Shown: positions 29,697-45,058, numbered from the stretch's first letter. The stretch: 64,000 bases of DNA from Eledone cirrhosa (GCA_964016885.1 OZ024742.1:201996001-202060000); one strand, 5' to 3'. The notes: generated by a model not told the origin, from the letters alone. Translations and numbers: made by a program.

Positions 29697-30080
29697 CGCA
29701 TATATATATGCATATGCATAATTTGGAAAAGTATGTGTTAGTTGATCACAAACACTATTGTATCAGGGATACAGCACTCTACGATATACACAAGTAGGTC
29801 TGTGGACTCCGGACTATAATAATTATGATGAAGTAAAAGTGAACAAGTTAGAATTCAACTCATTTTTTCCATAATCGCTGTCATATACATTTCGGTGATA
29901 ACCGTTATGCAACAGATATGACCTGATTAAGCAGCTGGAAGTTCTACAGAAAAACAACAACATAATCAAGAAGATAAAATAAGAATTATTCCTGTTGTTT
30001 CGATTCATGTATATGCTCAGGGCTAATATTTGGTTCTGCTCTTTCACAGGGTCACAGGGTGACAAATATATATATATATG

Positions 30081-30175
<95 letters not shown>

Positions 30176-30324
30176 AAAAAGAGATGAAATCGAAAATGCA
30201 ACTGGAGTCTTATTTTTTTTTTTTTTTAATATATACATTTATTTGGTTCCTTTACGGGTTTCGCAGTTCTTCTGCTTTTCAAAAGTAGAGTTGAGATGGA
30301 GGGTCTATGGTTTTTATATGTATA

Positions 30325-30424
<100 letters not shown>

Positions 30425-30512
30425 TACATACATGTATATATATATGTATATATATGTATATATATATACAGCTCGGTCACGGAACGAATTATACTCGTAT
30501 CTCAAGGTATCA

Positions 30513-30585
<73 letters not shown>

Positions 30586-30754
30586 CATATATGTAAATAT
30601 GTTTAATGGTGGACTTATGCTATAGAGAAATTCAAGTATACTTTTAGTGTTTCAACAAAGAAGAAGAAGAAGAAGAAGAAGAAGAAGAAGAAGAAGAAGA
30701 AGAAGAAGAAGAAGAAGAAGAAGAAGATAGTGATGATCATGATGATGAATAGAT

Positions 30755-30835
<81 letters not shown>

Positions 30836-31635
30836 AAAAAATGCGAAAATATTAAAACTAAGAATGAAAAGAAACGAACTCAAATCTTGTATAACTGTTT
30901 TTGCAAATTAACAACAATCCACTTTCAAAGTTTAAAAAATAGGCAAGTAAGAACAGAAAGGTTGACCACAAAAATACGTTAATTTTTTGTTAATCAACGA
31001 AAGCAAACCAAAGAGATTACTATGAATAAAAAAATATTGAGTAAATCAAACAGAAAAAAAGAAAGGAGGAGACCGTCAGATCATACGATGGACACAACGT
31101 TTCCATTGATGGTAGTATCTGCCGATCGAAACTCCTGGCTGAGTGAGGTGGGTTTGAATTCAGAGCACTGAGATTTGGAGCAGATACTGAAATGCATATT
31201 GTCCAACTCTTAAACCAGTAATTATTTTTTGTTCACAACGAAATGATGGAAAGCACAGTTGACTTCGACTTGATTCCGCATGAAACGGAAAAAATACCAA
31301 TATATTGAATCCGACACCCTAACTACTCTGCCAAATCAAACAGGAATGTTTAAAGAAGATGAGAAAATAATTGAATAAAAAAGCAAATTAAAACTAAGTA
31401 AATTAAAAATGAATTCCAATAATAGCAAACACTTGTCATATTGTTAAGAAATAAAATATTTAATTAAAAAGCATAGCAATAAAAAAAAATATATATATAA
31501 CAAATATGAAAGAGATTTCAATATTTTTTAAAGAATGTAAAAGCAAGAAAGTTGCAGAATTTTCACATACATACATACATACATACATACATACATACAT
31601 ACATACATACATACATACATACATACATACATACA

Positions 31636-32170
31636 TGCTTTCACCTTTAACGGGATCTTCTGAAATTAAAAAATCAATCTGTGAACGAAGAAGTAAATAT
31701 TTCAAAAACGTTGCAACCGAAGGAAGACAGGAAGACGATACTTTGGTTCGTGGTAACGTTTCCTGGCAAAGGATTGTACGAACTATACGCGGATATTTTA
31801 CGTCTTGATCTGGTAGCTAAGTATATGTTATGTTTATGACATTATTTATTTTTATAGGTAAGTATATATTACGTGTATGTTTTGTGAAGGTACGTATACT
31901 TTCTCGTACGTATATTTGCTTCTACATGTTATGGCGTATATATTATATATACTGGTACATGTGCATATGGTTATGTGAATACGTGAGTTTTACGTTCTGG
32001 GTAACTATGCGGGCTCGTACGTATGTAGGGTGTGTGTATATGTGTACTTTGTGTTTTGGTTGACGTAGTCTGCGAACATATGTGTATTTACATGTACGTA
32101 TGTGTGCGCGCGCGTTATATACGTATTTATGTGTGTATATTTATATACGTTCATATAATTTTATGTATAT

Positions 32171-32260
<90 letters not shown>

Positions 32261-32740
32261 TTGTATGTGTATTTGGTGTATACGTTCGTATGTGTGCGGG
32301 TACACGCGCTGCGTGGGTTCTGTATGTGCGTGCGTGTTTTTTTGTGTACGTGCTTTGTATTTGCATACCCATGGCGAGTGTTTTCGCGTATGCTTGTGTA
32401 TGTACATATATGGATCGTGCATGTATATATTTAATTTCAATTACCTCTGTAATTTATTTACTTTATTCTTAACTCTGAAGTCGAGAATCATTCGGTTTCT
32501 TATATTGAATTTTAGTCTACGATTTCAGTTATACCATATACGTGGTTTTGTCTTTCGTGTAATTGTTCTCACCGCTCCAAATAATGACGTATTATCTTCG
32601 TTTATTTCCGTTCTTTGCCAGGAAACGTTTCCACGAACCAAAGTATCGTCTTCCTGACTTCCTTCGGTTGCATCGCTTTTTGAAATATTTACTTCTGTGT
32701 TCACAGATTGATTCAGAAGATCCCGTTAAGGGTGAAAGCA
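31636..32740. mobile_element. MITE-like element with about 135-bp terminal inverted repeats
   Basis: tgctttcacctttaacgggatcttctgaa...tcctggcaaag (31636-31771) mirrors ctttgccagga...ttcagaagatcccgttaagggtgaaagca (32613-32740); non-coding interior. Confidence 0.8.
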
Positions 32741-32854
32741 GTGATCTTTGCTTAAATTTTTATCTGTTATTTCAATAAATATTTGCTCTACGCTTCTTAT
32801 ATAATTGATATATATTTCTCCTTATCGAGCCCTCTTTGGATTTTCATTGTTATT

Positions 32855-32948
<94 letters not shown>

Positions 32949-32981
32949 CATATATTTATATATATATATGTATATATATAA

Positions 32982-33066
<85 letters not shown>

Positions 33067-33110
33067 CACACATATATATATATATATATATATGTGTGTA
33101 TGTATGTATG

Positions 33111-33320
<210 letters not shown>

Positions 33321-34016
33321 AAAATGTGGAGAGTAACCACACGAGTTAGGATATAAATATATATATGAAAACAGGGAGAAAGAGACGATTATAAGGAGGA
33401 AAAATATATTTTTTTCCTTTTTTGTTTCTCTCTCTCTTGTTTCTGGGTTAGAAAATGATTAAAACGGAATGTTTTACTTTGTGTGAAGTGTTAAGGTATT
33501 AGTTGATTTGTTTATTATTTAACAATGGCATTTATTTATCTATTTATATATTCAATTATTGTCTATAACCGGTTTCAGCATTTATATGCATTATCAAATG
33601 ATAGTGAAATGTATTAGTGTGGTGTCGCACATGTTTAGCAGAAGGTGCTTAAAGAATATTGTTATATACAAACAAGGTTTAAGAAGTGAAAAGAAAAAAG
33701 AAAAAGGAAAAAAACGTGCATAATGTGGAACCTAAAAAGTCAATGTGGAAGAAAAAATAATGTTATTTACAAGCACAGTCATTGAAGTTAAGCAGTTCAA
33801 AATGTGTTAATTTCGCAAGAGTGCTTAGTTGGTTCCGTGATGGAGGCAAATGTTGGACTGTGGTTTGATCTGATTTCCCTTTTAAGAGAGTTAATATGCA
33901 GGGAGAAGCAATTCTTGCTGGGTGATATTTAATTTATTTAAGAAAAAGGATTAGGTAGGGTGTGAGGGAGGTAACCCTTGTAAATTAACAAGAAACCAAA
34001 TCAACATACTCTCCAA

Positions 34017-36206
34017 ATGTCTAACATTTACACCAACTCCCAACAACCAAACTACCACGAAATGAAGGAAGATATTGCAGAATTCTGTAGAAAACTAAGA
34101 CTCAGCGAACAACTATACGACAAATACAATGAAGGTGACTTAATAGCCAGAAATAGAAGCAACTACACCCCACCAAAAGGCAAGAATAAATTACTCGATC
34201 GATTCTGCGAACACATTACTAATTACCCATACCACCACCTACACAGACATAAACAAAAACCAAACCTAAGCAAAAAAGAATGGAATGGTCTTAACAGTCT
34301 AAAAAACAACAAAACCCTAACAATCAAAGAGGCAGATAAAGGGAGTGCAGTAGTCCTTATGGAGACAGATTATTACACAACTCTAGTACTCTCAATTCTA
34401 GAAAACCAAACATATTATGAAAAGAGCCAACACTACACACAACAGAAAATAATGAGAAACCTAAAATCCCTAACAACACTTTACAGACAAGGAATACAAC
34501 TACATCACCAATTTCAAAAGCAGAACCAGCCTCTTCTACGGTATCCCCAAGACACACAAAAGCTAAGTAATTGGCAGGGCCTGCAAGCAAGCCACAGACG
34601 TTTACATCAATATAGCCCCTCCTGATGACCTTAAATTAAGACCCATAATAGCAGGCACCACATCTGAAACCGCCTAAACAACTTCCTAGATATTCTGCTT
34701 AAACCTTTCCTAAAACATATAAAAAGCTTCATAAGGGACGACCTTGACTTGCTCAACCACCTCCCAACAATACTCAATAACCAACATACCCTACTAGTAA
34801 CATTTTATGTCATCAATTTATATTCCAATATCCCACACAACCTAGGTATAGAGGCAATACAATTCTGGATGGAAAATTTCCCTAGTGAACTTCCACAGCG
34901 CATCCCTAAAGAATTTGTGTTGGGGGGACTCAAATTCATCTTGGAAAACAATTTCTTCGAATTCGATGCCAAATACTACAGACAGAAATCTGGGACTGCC
35001 ATGGGCACGAAAGTGGCCCCTTCATACGCCAACCTTGTCATGGGATATTTGGAAACCATTCCCTACCGCAAAGTTGTAGACAAATACGGCAACCACTTCT
35101 ACCAACATATAGAAAAGAACTGGAAGAGATATCTGGACGACTGCTTCATCATCTGGCATGAAAGTATAGATAGACTGCTTGAGTTTAAAACCCTTCTGAA
35201 TGGACTCAACACAAACTTACAAGTCACAATGGATTGCAGCCATGAACAACTCCCTTTCCTCGAGATCCTCATCAATAAAACAAGCAACAAAATAGAAACA
35301 GACATATACTACAAACCCACAGATTCCAAACAATACCTTCCATTCAACTCGTGCCACCCTAGACACACCAAAATGGCAATTCCTTATAACCTAGCCAGAA
35401 GGAACTGCACAGTAGTTTCAGATAAATACGCATGCTACACACAACTAGAAGAATTAAAAAAACACTTATCAGCAGAAACTACCAACCATCCCTAATCATC
35501 AATGAATTCCAACGTAAAATTAGAACTAGACATCCAGGAACTCGGACACCCCAAACCCAGGAATGAACCGCAACAAAAAACTCTACCATACATCTCCACA
35601 CACAACCCCCTCAATAATGAAGCATTCGACACCATCCTCCAGAACATTCCTTTACTAAAAAGAGACCTCAGAATGAACAATATCCTCCAAACACACAACA
35701 TCATAAAAAGCAAAAGACAACCCAAATCCATAATAAATATTCTCACACAAGCCAAAATCCAACAAACCCTCACAATGAACCCTACAGTAACAAAATGTGG
35801 AAGGCTCAACTGTGGCATATGCATAAATCTAATAGAAGGTTCAACATTCCATTTTAAACAAGGATAACGTTTCACAGTTTAACACAACTTTACATGTGCA
35901 TCTGAAAACCTTATCTATGTTTTGACATGCTCAGGTTGTCAAGAGCACTACATAGGACAGACAAAAAACAGCCTCCGTCAACGTATGACCGTCCATAAAT
36001 CACAAATTAATTTACAGGAATACAGAAAGATTGCATTTAGTGAACATATCGTCAATTGTGCTCTCAACCAACATCCAAACTTTAAAATTTACCCCATTTA
36101 CAAATTCATAGACAACGCTACTTTCATCCAACGTACCAATAAGGAAACACATTTCATTAATAAATTTCAACCACTACTCAATGCTCTAAAAATCGCACCA
36201 ATCTAA
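34017..36206 (+). pseudogene. Frameshifted Penelope RT + Cys linker + GIY-YIG endonuclease
   Basis: KEADKGSAVV, LYSNIP, GTAMGTKVAPSYANL, WKRYLDDCF, YYKPTDSKQYL..SCHP, CGRLNCGIC, IYVLTC..C..HYIGQT..RQRMTVH across four ORF pieces. Confidence 0.92.
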
Positions 36207-36604
36207 AATTGCAACAAACCAAGAAGCATTTACAAGAGTTACCTCCCTCACACCCTACCTAATCCTTTTTCTTAAATAAATTAAATATCACCCAGCAAGA
36301 ATTGTTTCCCCCTGCATATTAACTCTCTTAAAAGGGAAATCAGATCAAACCACTGTCCACCATTTGCCTCCTATGGTTCAACTAGGCACCCTTGCGATAT
36401 TAACACATTTGGAACTGCTTAACTTCAATGACTGTGCTTGTAAATAACATTATTTTTTCTTCCACATTGACTTTTTAGGTTCCACATTATGCACGTTTTT
36501 TTTTTCCTTTTTCTTTTTTCTTTTCACTTCTTAAACCTTATTTGTATATAACATTATTCTTTCTGCACCTTCTGTTTAACATGTGCGACACCAGACTAAT
36601 ACAT

Positions 36605-36653
36605 GTCACTATCATTTGATAATGCATATAAATGCTGAAACCGGTAATAGACA
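36605..36653 (+). ncRNA. Hammerhead variant with U3-A8 core in Penelope terminal repeat
   Basis: AT-TTGATAA-T-GCAT-ataa-ATGC-T-GAAA-CCGG-TA/AT; palindromic ACCGGT stem III; same core in the inverted arm near 33560-33605; stem I weak. Confidence 0.55.
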
Positions 36654-36837
36654 ATAATTAAATATATAAATAAATAAATGCCATTGTTAAATAATAAATA
36701 AATCAACTAATACCTTAACACTTCACACAAAGTAAAACATTTCGTTTTAATAATTTTCTAACCCAGAAAAACGAGAGAGAGAAACAAAAAAAGGGAAAAA
36801 AAATAATTTTCTTCCTCATAATCGTCTCTTTCCCCGT

Positions 36838-36888
<51 letters not shown>

Positions 36889-37466
36889 AATGGCTTCTAA
36901 TCAGGTTCTCTCTACTAAATTTCACACAGTGCTTATAAATTAAACCAAGGTTATTGTCGTAATCGTTTGCCCCATGGTTCCACGCAGTGTGATTGAACTG
37001 GAAACCACGTAATTGTGAGGAGAACTCCTTAAACACACAACCATATATATGCAGTATTCATTGCCCGGGCCTCTTTAATTGTGAGGATAGGAAAGAATTG
37101 AAGTAAGAAGATGATAATTCTAACCTGGATAAATTTTAAGACAACTTGGGTAGTTATCGAATATATGAAAGAGTTCCATTTGGAAAGTCTCCAAGGTCAG
37201 TGGAATGGTAAGTACAGTATGACCATGACAACATGATAAAGAGGTTGCCGAAAACATCAATAATACTAGACCAAAAAATTTAATGGGGACCCCACTGGAT
37301 CTGTTTGTCCCCCTTTTTAAAAAAGGTATATATACAATTGTTAGGACGTTTATCTAAACTGCAGTCACAACAGAAATACTAAAGTAGGTGACGGGAGGAC
37401 AAGTGTTAATGATTTCTCTTCGACAATAACACACACCCACACAGGCATACATATATATATATATAT

Positions 37467-37573
<107 letters not shown>

Positions 37574-37897
37574 CATGAATTGTTAATGGAAGAAATTATA
37601 GACCAGCAAAACCAAAAACCAAAAATCATAAGCAACAGTTCAGAGCAAGAAGAGAAAATGAAATGCAAGGCAAGGGCTTAGATGTTATATTGTTAGATAG
37701 AGGAAAGGATAATTACATATATATATAATATAAGATGTAGAGACAGAGAAAGATTATTAGATGTTACAATATAGTTTTCATAGCAGCTGAGTAAAGTTAT
37801 GGATAGAGAAATAGATGGATAGAGAGCGAGAGAAAGAGGGAGAGAGAGAGTGAGAGAGAGAGAGAGAGAGAGAGGGAGTGAGAGAGAGAGATAGAGA

Positions 37898-37954
<57 letters not shown>

Positions 37955-37978
37955 AGAGAGAGAGAAAGAAATAGATAG

Positions 37979-38012
<34 letters not shown>

Positions 38013-38072
38013 CGAGAGAGAGAGAGAGAGGGAGAGAGAGAGAGGGGGAGAGAGTAAGAGAGAGAGAAAGAT

Positions 38073-38124
<52 letters not shown>

Positions 38125-38156
38125 GGCGAGAGAGAGAGAGTAAGAGAGAGAGAAAG

Positions 38157-38187
<31 letters not shown>

Positions 38188-38319
38188 GAGAGAGGGAGAG
38201 CGAGAGAGAGAGAGATAGGGAGAGAGAGAGAGAGATGTATATATGGAGAATTAATGAAGTAGAGAAACCATAACCAGCAAAGAGATGCAAGATGCAAGAT
38301 ACACACGGGTCCAACTTAC

Positions 38320-38429
38320 TTGTTGAACAAGACCAGATCTGGCGTCCATATGGCAGCAGCCGGTACCTCGATGGTCTTCAGCCCTGCGTACTCGCTTGGG
38401 TTCCACTTCAGCCATATATCCCACCATTC
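38320..38429 (-). CDS. Nicotinic acetylcholine receptor subunit, internal 110-bp loop-A exon (variant B)
   Basis: AG|GAATGG...TTCAACAA|GTAAGT; translates EWWDIWLKWNPSEYAGLKTIEVPAAAIWTPDLVLFN(N), matching the Cys-loop W-x-D-x-x-L-x-W-x-P..IW-x-PD motif; phase 0 to 2. Confidence 0.92.
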
Positions 38430-38519
38430 CTTAAGCAAGACCATAAGTGTTGAGTAAAAATCGTTTGCTATTAATGAATGAATTTGTCGTAAACAACGAG
38501 TGTACGTATATATGTATGC

Positions 38520-38591
<72 letters not shown>

Positions 38592-38671
38592 GTGTGTGTG
38601 TGTGTGTGGATGATTACATTATATATATTGCGATTGCGGACTGAATCTTCTGATATTGTAATACATATATA

Positions 38672-39020
38672 TATAATAAAAACATTAATGAAGATGGCGA
38701 TTTTACATAAATCCGTTATTCATTATAATTATTTCAACACTTATCCCATGCAATCAAGATGTAATTCATGCATTTGTTGTTGTTATGAGAACGGTATCCT
38801 CAGATGAAATTCAATTTTGTGATATGCCGCCGGCTAAAGGGCGTGTATTTTCGTGCCGGCGGCATATGACAAAATCGATTTTTATCTGAGGACACCGTTC
38901 TCATAACAGCAACAGATGCATGAATTACATCTTGATTGCATGGGAGAACCGTTGCAATAATTATAATGAATAAACGATTTATGTAACATCAGCATCTCTA
39001 TTGATGTGATTATTATTATA
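38672..39020. mobile_element. About 350-bp fold-back element carrying hammerhead motif
   Basis: Arms mirror around spacer 38835-38854 (atatgccgccggc / gccggcggcatat); moderately diverged. Confidence 0.8.
38720..38807 (-). ncRNA. Type I hammerhead motif (stem II eroded)
   Basis: On minus: TCAT-CTGAGGA-taccgttctc...gtt-GAAA-TAATTA-TA/ATGA; the mirror copy (38882-38969 +) keeps a better stem II but has a mutated GAAA. Confidence 0.6.
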
Positions 39021-39116
39021 CTGAATCTCCATCATAACTACAAATTACAAATGTTTTACCAAAACAATCTCTTCGGAATACACACAATTATATATGTATA
39101 TATCTTATATATATAT

Positions 39117-39182
<66 letters not shown>

Positions 39183-39187
39183 TATAT

Positions 39188-39310
<123 letters not shown>

Positions 39311-39642
39311 ATACATTTATAACTTGTTAGACAGTGAACGAATGAGTGTTGTTTAAGTAACAAATTACCACACACTTGTACGATCGTTTCAAAGAGCAAA
39401 TGGATGGATGCGGAGAAAAGTTGGTGTTAGTTATTTTGCCACATATACATTCATACATTGTTAGAATATTCAAACATTCAATTTGCATTATTATCCATAA
39501 ATAAGTACACAGGTAACTATAAGTATATATATGAATATCTATATGTGCGTATATGGCTATATGTAAATGTATTCACATATGTATATATCATACATATCTA
39601 TATATCTACATCTATATACATATACATGTGTGTGTGTGTATG

Positions 39643-39776
<134 letters not shown>

Positions 39777-39964
39777 TTGTGTTTAATGGTAGCTATGATG
39801 CTTCCATAGGCGGTATGCCAGTTGAGCACTCTATGTTCTCACAGAGCAGAGTGTGATATAATACACATCCATACTATGATCGTGTCTCGAGCTATCTGCT
39901 GGCGAAACAATTGTAACACACAATAAACTGAGTCCAGATGCATCACTGATTTTTCGTTTTATAT

Positions 39965-40026
<62 letters not shown>

Positions 40027-40089
40027 ATATATAAATATATACACACACACATAGATATATACATATATATGTATAAATATATATATATA

Positions 40090-40138
<49 letters not shown>

Positions 40139-40180
40139 AATATATACACACACACATAGATATATACATATATATATATA

Positions 40181-40397
<217 letters not shown>

Positions 40398-40600
40398 GTT
40401 TGTGTATATATATATATAAAGGTGTAGGAGTAGCCACTTTTGAAGATGATACTCAATACGTTGTTTAAGTATTGATTTTCACAGCACTACAAATGTCTCA
40501 TACGAATGAAACGTTACTAATTCTGACGAAGTCACCAGGTGATAGTTGAACCGTTAAGGTCTCATTCCTGGATATGTCAATATTTATAAAACCAACTTTG

Positions 40601-40660
40601 TATTTTATCTGATGAGGGCGTACCAAATTTTGGTACCCTTGAAATATATATAATAGAATA
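40601..40660 (+). ncRNA. Type I hammerhead ribozyme
   Basis: TATTTTAT-CTGATGA-GGGCGTACCAA-att-TTGGTACCCTT-GAAA-TATATA-TA/ATAGAATA; 8-bp stem I, AUA triplet. Confidence 0.75.
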
Positions 40661-40872
40661 AATATGGTTTCATAAATATAGTTTCCATTTATTAATATCA
40701 TTGATATTATACTCCAGAAAAGTTGTCGAGTGCTTCGAATCTGTTATAAATATATTTGTTGAATTACCAACAAATTAAATATCCCTTTGCTTATATACAT
40801 ATATATATATATATATGGAAAAAAAAATCTAATTTATTACACAAGGAGCCGTAGAAACGGCTTGAACTTGTT

Positions 40873-40906
<34 letters not shown>

Positions 40907-40974
40907 AAATATATATATATATAAAAGTTCAACCCGTTTCGATATATATATATATATATATATATACATACTTA

Positions 40975-41052
<78 letters not shown>

Positions 41053-41059
<7 letters not shown>

Positions 41060-42645
41060 GTTTGAATATGTGTAATAAGGCCAAAACAATGCAGGTATGG
41101 ACATAGAAAAAAGAATGCAATAGTAAAAGAATTCGTCTTTCATCTTGAATTTATTTAAATGTCCTTAATTTTCGAGATAATATCTCTTCTTCGGAGGGAA
41201 ATAAAGATCTCAAACCAGCGTCTTAAATCTCTAGCCAAGCCATGCTGATCGGAAATAGTATAGAGTATCTGTTCTAACTCTAATATCAAAGAATTAAAAT
41301 TAGGTGGATAAAGAGTAGTCTCCCTTTAAGAGGGGTTTGTTTAGGGTTTATTTATTTATTTTATTTTTTATTATATTTTATATACGTGCCTGTATATGTG
41401 TGTGGGAGAAGGTATATGGGTGTGTGTATGTGTGAGAGTGTGGGAAGATAGGTCTAATCGTAAAAGTGGGGGGGGGGGGGGTAGGTGTTATCTGGTGTTA
41501 GAACTGGTTTTGTGTGTGTATGTGTGAGAGAGAATAAGTCGAGGTGTAAGCGTGTGTGTGTGCGCGTGCGTGTGTGTGGGGTGTGTAAATATGGGGCTAG
41601 AGGCCCTATCAGGTTATAAATTGGGTGTTGAGCTCTAGTCTATTATTGATTGGTGGATGTGTTTTATCTATAATAAGTGCTTCCTTAATTCTAAGATTGC
41701 CGAGGTTTCTTTCCTTAGTTTCTATCCTAACTGTTATGTTTTTATCGGTGTTTTTGCATTTAACTAGGTGTTTCTTAAATGAGGAAGCGTTAGTATTGAG
41801 GTGTTCTTTTATTCTTTTGTGGAGTAGGTAGCACCACCAGACCACTCCACAAAAGAATAAAAGAACACCTCAATACTAACGCTTCCTCATTTAAGAAACA
41901 CCTAGTTAAATGCAAAAACACCGATAAAAACATAACAGTTAGAATAGAAACTAAGGAAAGAAACCTCGGCAATCTTAGAATTAAGGAAGCACTTATTATA
42001 GATAAAACACATCCACCAATCAATAATAGACTAGAGCTCAACACCCAATTTATAACCTGATAGGGCCTCTAGCCCCATATTAACACACCCCACACACACA
42101 CACGCGCACACACACACGCTTACACCTCCACTTATTCTCTCTGACACATACACACACAAAACCAGTTCTAACACCAGATAACACCTACCCCAAACTTTTA
42201 CGATTAGACCTATCTTCCCACACTCACACACACACACACCCACATACCTTCTCCCACACACATATACAGGCACGTATATAAAATAAAAAAAAAATAATAA
42301 TAAATAAATAAACCCTAAACAAACCCCTCTTAAAGGGAGACTACTCTTTATCCACCTAATTTTAATTCTTTGATATTAGAGTTAGAACAGATAATCTATA
42401 CTATTTCCGGTCAGCATGGCTTGGCTAGAGATTTAAGACGTTGGTTTGAGATCTTTATTTCCCTCCGAAGAAGAGATATTATCTCGAAAATTAGGGACAT
42501 TTAAATAAATTCAAGGTGAAAGACGAATTCTTTTACTATTGCATTCTTTTTTCTATGTCCATACCTGCATTGTTTTGGCCTTATTACACATATTCAAACG
42601 TTTATACCTCATTACACAATGCTTCAAGTGAACTATAACCTCCTC

Positions 42646-42648
<3 letters not shown>
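41053..42648. mobile_element. Near-perfect 1.55-kb palindrome: 5'-truncated Penelope 3' end plus its inverted copy, in (TA)n
   Basis: Arms 41053-41825 and 41844-42606, 18-nt spacer; + strand 41824-42060 reads VGSTTRPLHKRIKEH..IKEALII..PPINN (GIY-YIG C-terminal half). Confidence 0.92.
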
Positions 42649-42723
<75 letters not shown>

Positions 42724-43093
42724 CTATATTTACAAATCTGTAGATATATGTTGAAATTTAACCATTACATATTATCGGTCAGCTGTTGAGGAAAAATGTT
42801 CTGTATTAATATATGTATTTAACACTTGAACCATGCACATTTATATCAACAATAAGGCCAACGAGCTGACATGGGAGGTAATAAATCTACCAAATCTTGT
42901 ATCATTACAAAACTAAGAATTGTAATATATGACATGAATACCAATTTTCGCAATCTTCCTGGAATATATATATATATTAATAAAAGGAATTCCAACTTTT
43001 TCTGATTTAAACGTTTTATTTACAATCCTTTAAAATTTAAAATGGTATTAGAATGAAATAGTATGGTAGAATATTAAATGAAAAGTGTTAATT

Positions 43094-43130
43094 GAACAAG
43101 TACTTTCATGCTTTCGCAATCTTCAGGTTC
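43094..43130 (-). ncRNA. Minimal type I hammerhead ribozyme (mirror copy)
   Basis: Exact reverse complement of 43206-43242. Confidence 0.78.
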
Positions 43131-43205
43131 ATATTCTGTGGTGACAGTCAAGTTTTCAATATTCAACAGTTGAAAATTGCAAACTTGACTGTCACCACAG
43201 AATAT

Positions 43206-43242
43206 GAACCTGAAGATTGCGAAAGCATGAAAGTACTTGTTC
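43206..43242 (+). ncRNA. Minimal 37-nt type I hammerhead ribozyme
   Basis: GAAC-CTGAAGA-T-TGC-gaaa-GCA-T-GAAA-GTAC-TT/GTTC; GNRA-capped stem II, palindromic stem III AGTACT, CUU triplet. Confidence 0.8.
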
Positions 43243-44357
43243 AATTAACACATAGAATTTAATATTCTACCATACTATTTCATTCTAATACCATTTTAAA
43301 TTTTAAATGATTGTAAATAAAACGAGTAAATCAGACAAAGTTGGAATTCCTTTTATTAATATAATCTTCTATGCACAATCATACACACCCGTGTATATTT
43401 TTATATTATATATGTATATATATATATATATATAGATATAGATATATATGCATCTATACATACATTCAAGCATAGCATATACATACATGCACATACACAT
43501 ACATGCATACGCACATACTTACAAACATTCATACATACTTAATTGTGTATTAATTTAGCGCTTTAATATAAAGCAGTACCAGACCTTGAAAATGATACTG
43601 AGATATATATGTCCAAGTGTTGGCGTTGCCCATACATGGCCACAGTCTAATAATGACTGGCACAAATAAAAAATAAAAAACAATGTTCTATACACTCTTG
43701 GATCTAGATTTGTTTTGCAAGATTATTTATCCGGCAGCAACCCCGCCTCTCTTCATTACTTAAATTTGTTTATGTACTTCTTATTTGTATTTCCATCGTA
43801 ATATAACTTCGTTTTGTAAAATAGTTGACATAATATATTTATGTTTTTATTGATTCATTGTTATTATGTAGACTAAAATTAATATTGTTATAATATGAGA
43901 GTGTAACGCTGCTATAGAAATACACACAACAGTTAAATTCCTTGGTTAATTTAGTAAACCGATGGAGTTATGCAATTGAAACCGTTCTTGTTTTTTTTCG
44001 ACGCATTCGGTGATCTTCTCAATGGCTATCATTGCTGCTCCCTGTTTCTCTGAGAGAAAAACAAAATTGAGTAAACAGAAAAAATGAAAACCGAAGAGAG
44101 ACATAGTAACACGAATTGCCATTCAGAATGTCACAAATTATTTTTCACAGTTAAGTAAACATCCGTTTACTATACAAACCGAGGAATGTATAAGTTACCT
44201 GACATAGTACAACGGAAGAGTATTTTCATTTACAGCCTGATCCACCCCTAAATCTAATAACACACATACATACATACATGCATGCATGCATGCATATATA
44301 CATACATACATACGAATATACATATGTACATACAAACATATAAACACATACATACAG

Positions 44358-44405
<48 letters not shown>

Positions 44406-44428
44406 GTGTGTGTAATTATATATATATG

Positions 44429-44473
<45 letters not shown>

Positions 44474-44693
44474 TTATATATATACATATGTATATATATA
44501 TGTGTGTGTGTGTGTGCGTGTGTATCCCAGAGACACACACACAAACATACATGCACACTAACACGCACACACAACACACACACATTTATATATATATGTA
44601 TATAATATATATATATAACGAAGGAAATGTGGTGAGGAACCAGAATTAGCCGCCGAAACGGCTTGAGCTCTGCCGTCGGGAGTCATACTTGTT

Positions 44694-44775
<82 letters not shown>

Positions 44776-45018
44776 AATGTTTGTTAGCTGAGACTATTCA
44801 TATGCATTATTATGTAGTTAAGTAAGTGTATAATCGTTAGTACTGCGCGGCACTGTCGTCTATTGACCGAGACTATACAATAACACTTTTGACACTTTCA
44901 ATTTTGATATATCGTCTGGGTGGTGACACATCATACACAACAATCATGCACTTGAGTAGTAAAACAAATCTGAAAGCTATGTATAAGTGTATATATATAT
45001 ATATATATATAGATATAC

Positions 45019-45049
<31 letters not shown>

Positions 45050-45058
45050 CATATATAG

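Larger units (their letters stand above)
33367..36841 (+). mobile_element. Penelope-like element (Neptune-type) with about 620-bp inverted terminal arms, in (TA)n
   Basis: 33367-33985 is the reverse complement of 36228-36841; interior encodes RT and GIY-YIG. Confidence 0.92.
42973..43363. mobile_element. 390-bp fold-back element with a minimal hammerhead in each arm
   Basis: Palindrome centred at 43168 (ttcaac-a-gttgaa); TA-rich flanks. Confidence 0.88.

Noticed and set aside
30002-30044. Minus-strand peptide [15 protein letters not shown] resembling the nAChR 45-bp DEKNQ exon
   Set aside because: No in-frame AG/GT boundaries, lacks the conserved Trp, and lies downstream of the loop-A exons
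42460-42498. Hammerhead-like CCGAAGA-A-GAGAT..ATCTC-GAAA in the 1.55-kb palindrome
   Set aside because: U4 is replaced and stem III is essentially absent in both arms; at best a relic
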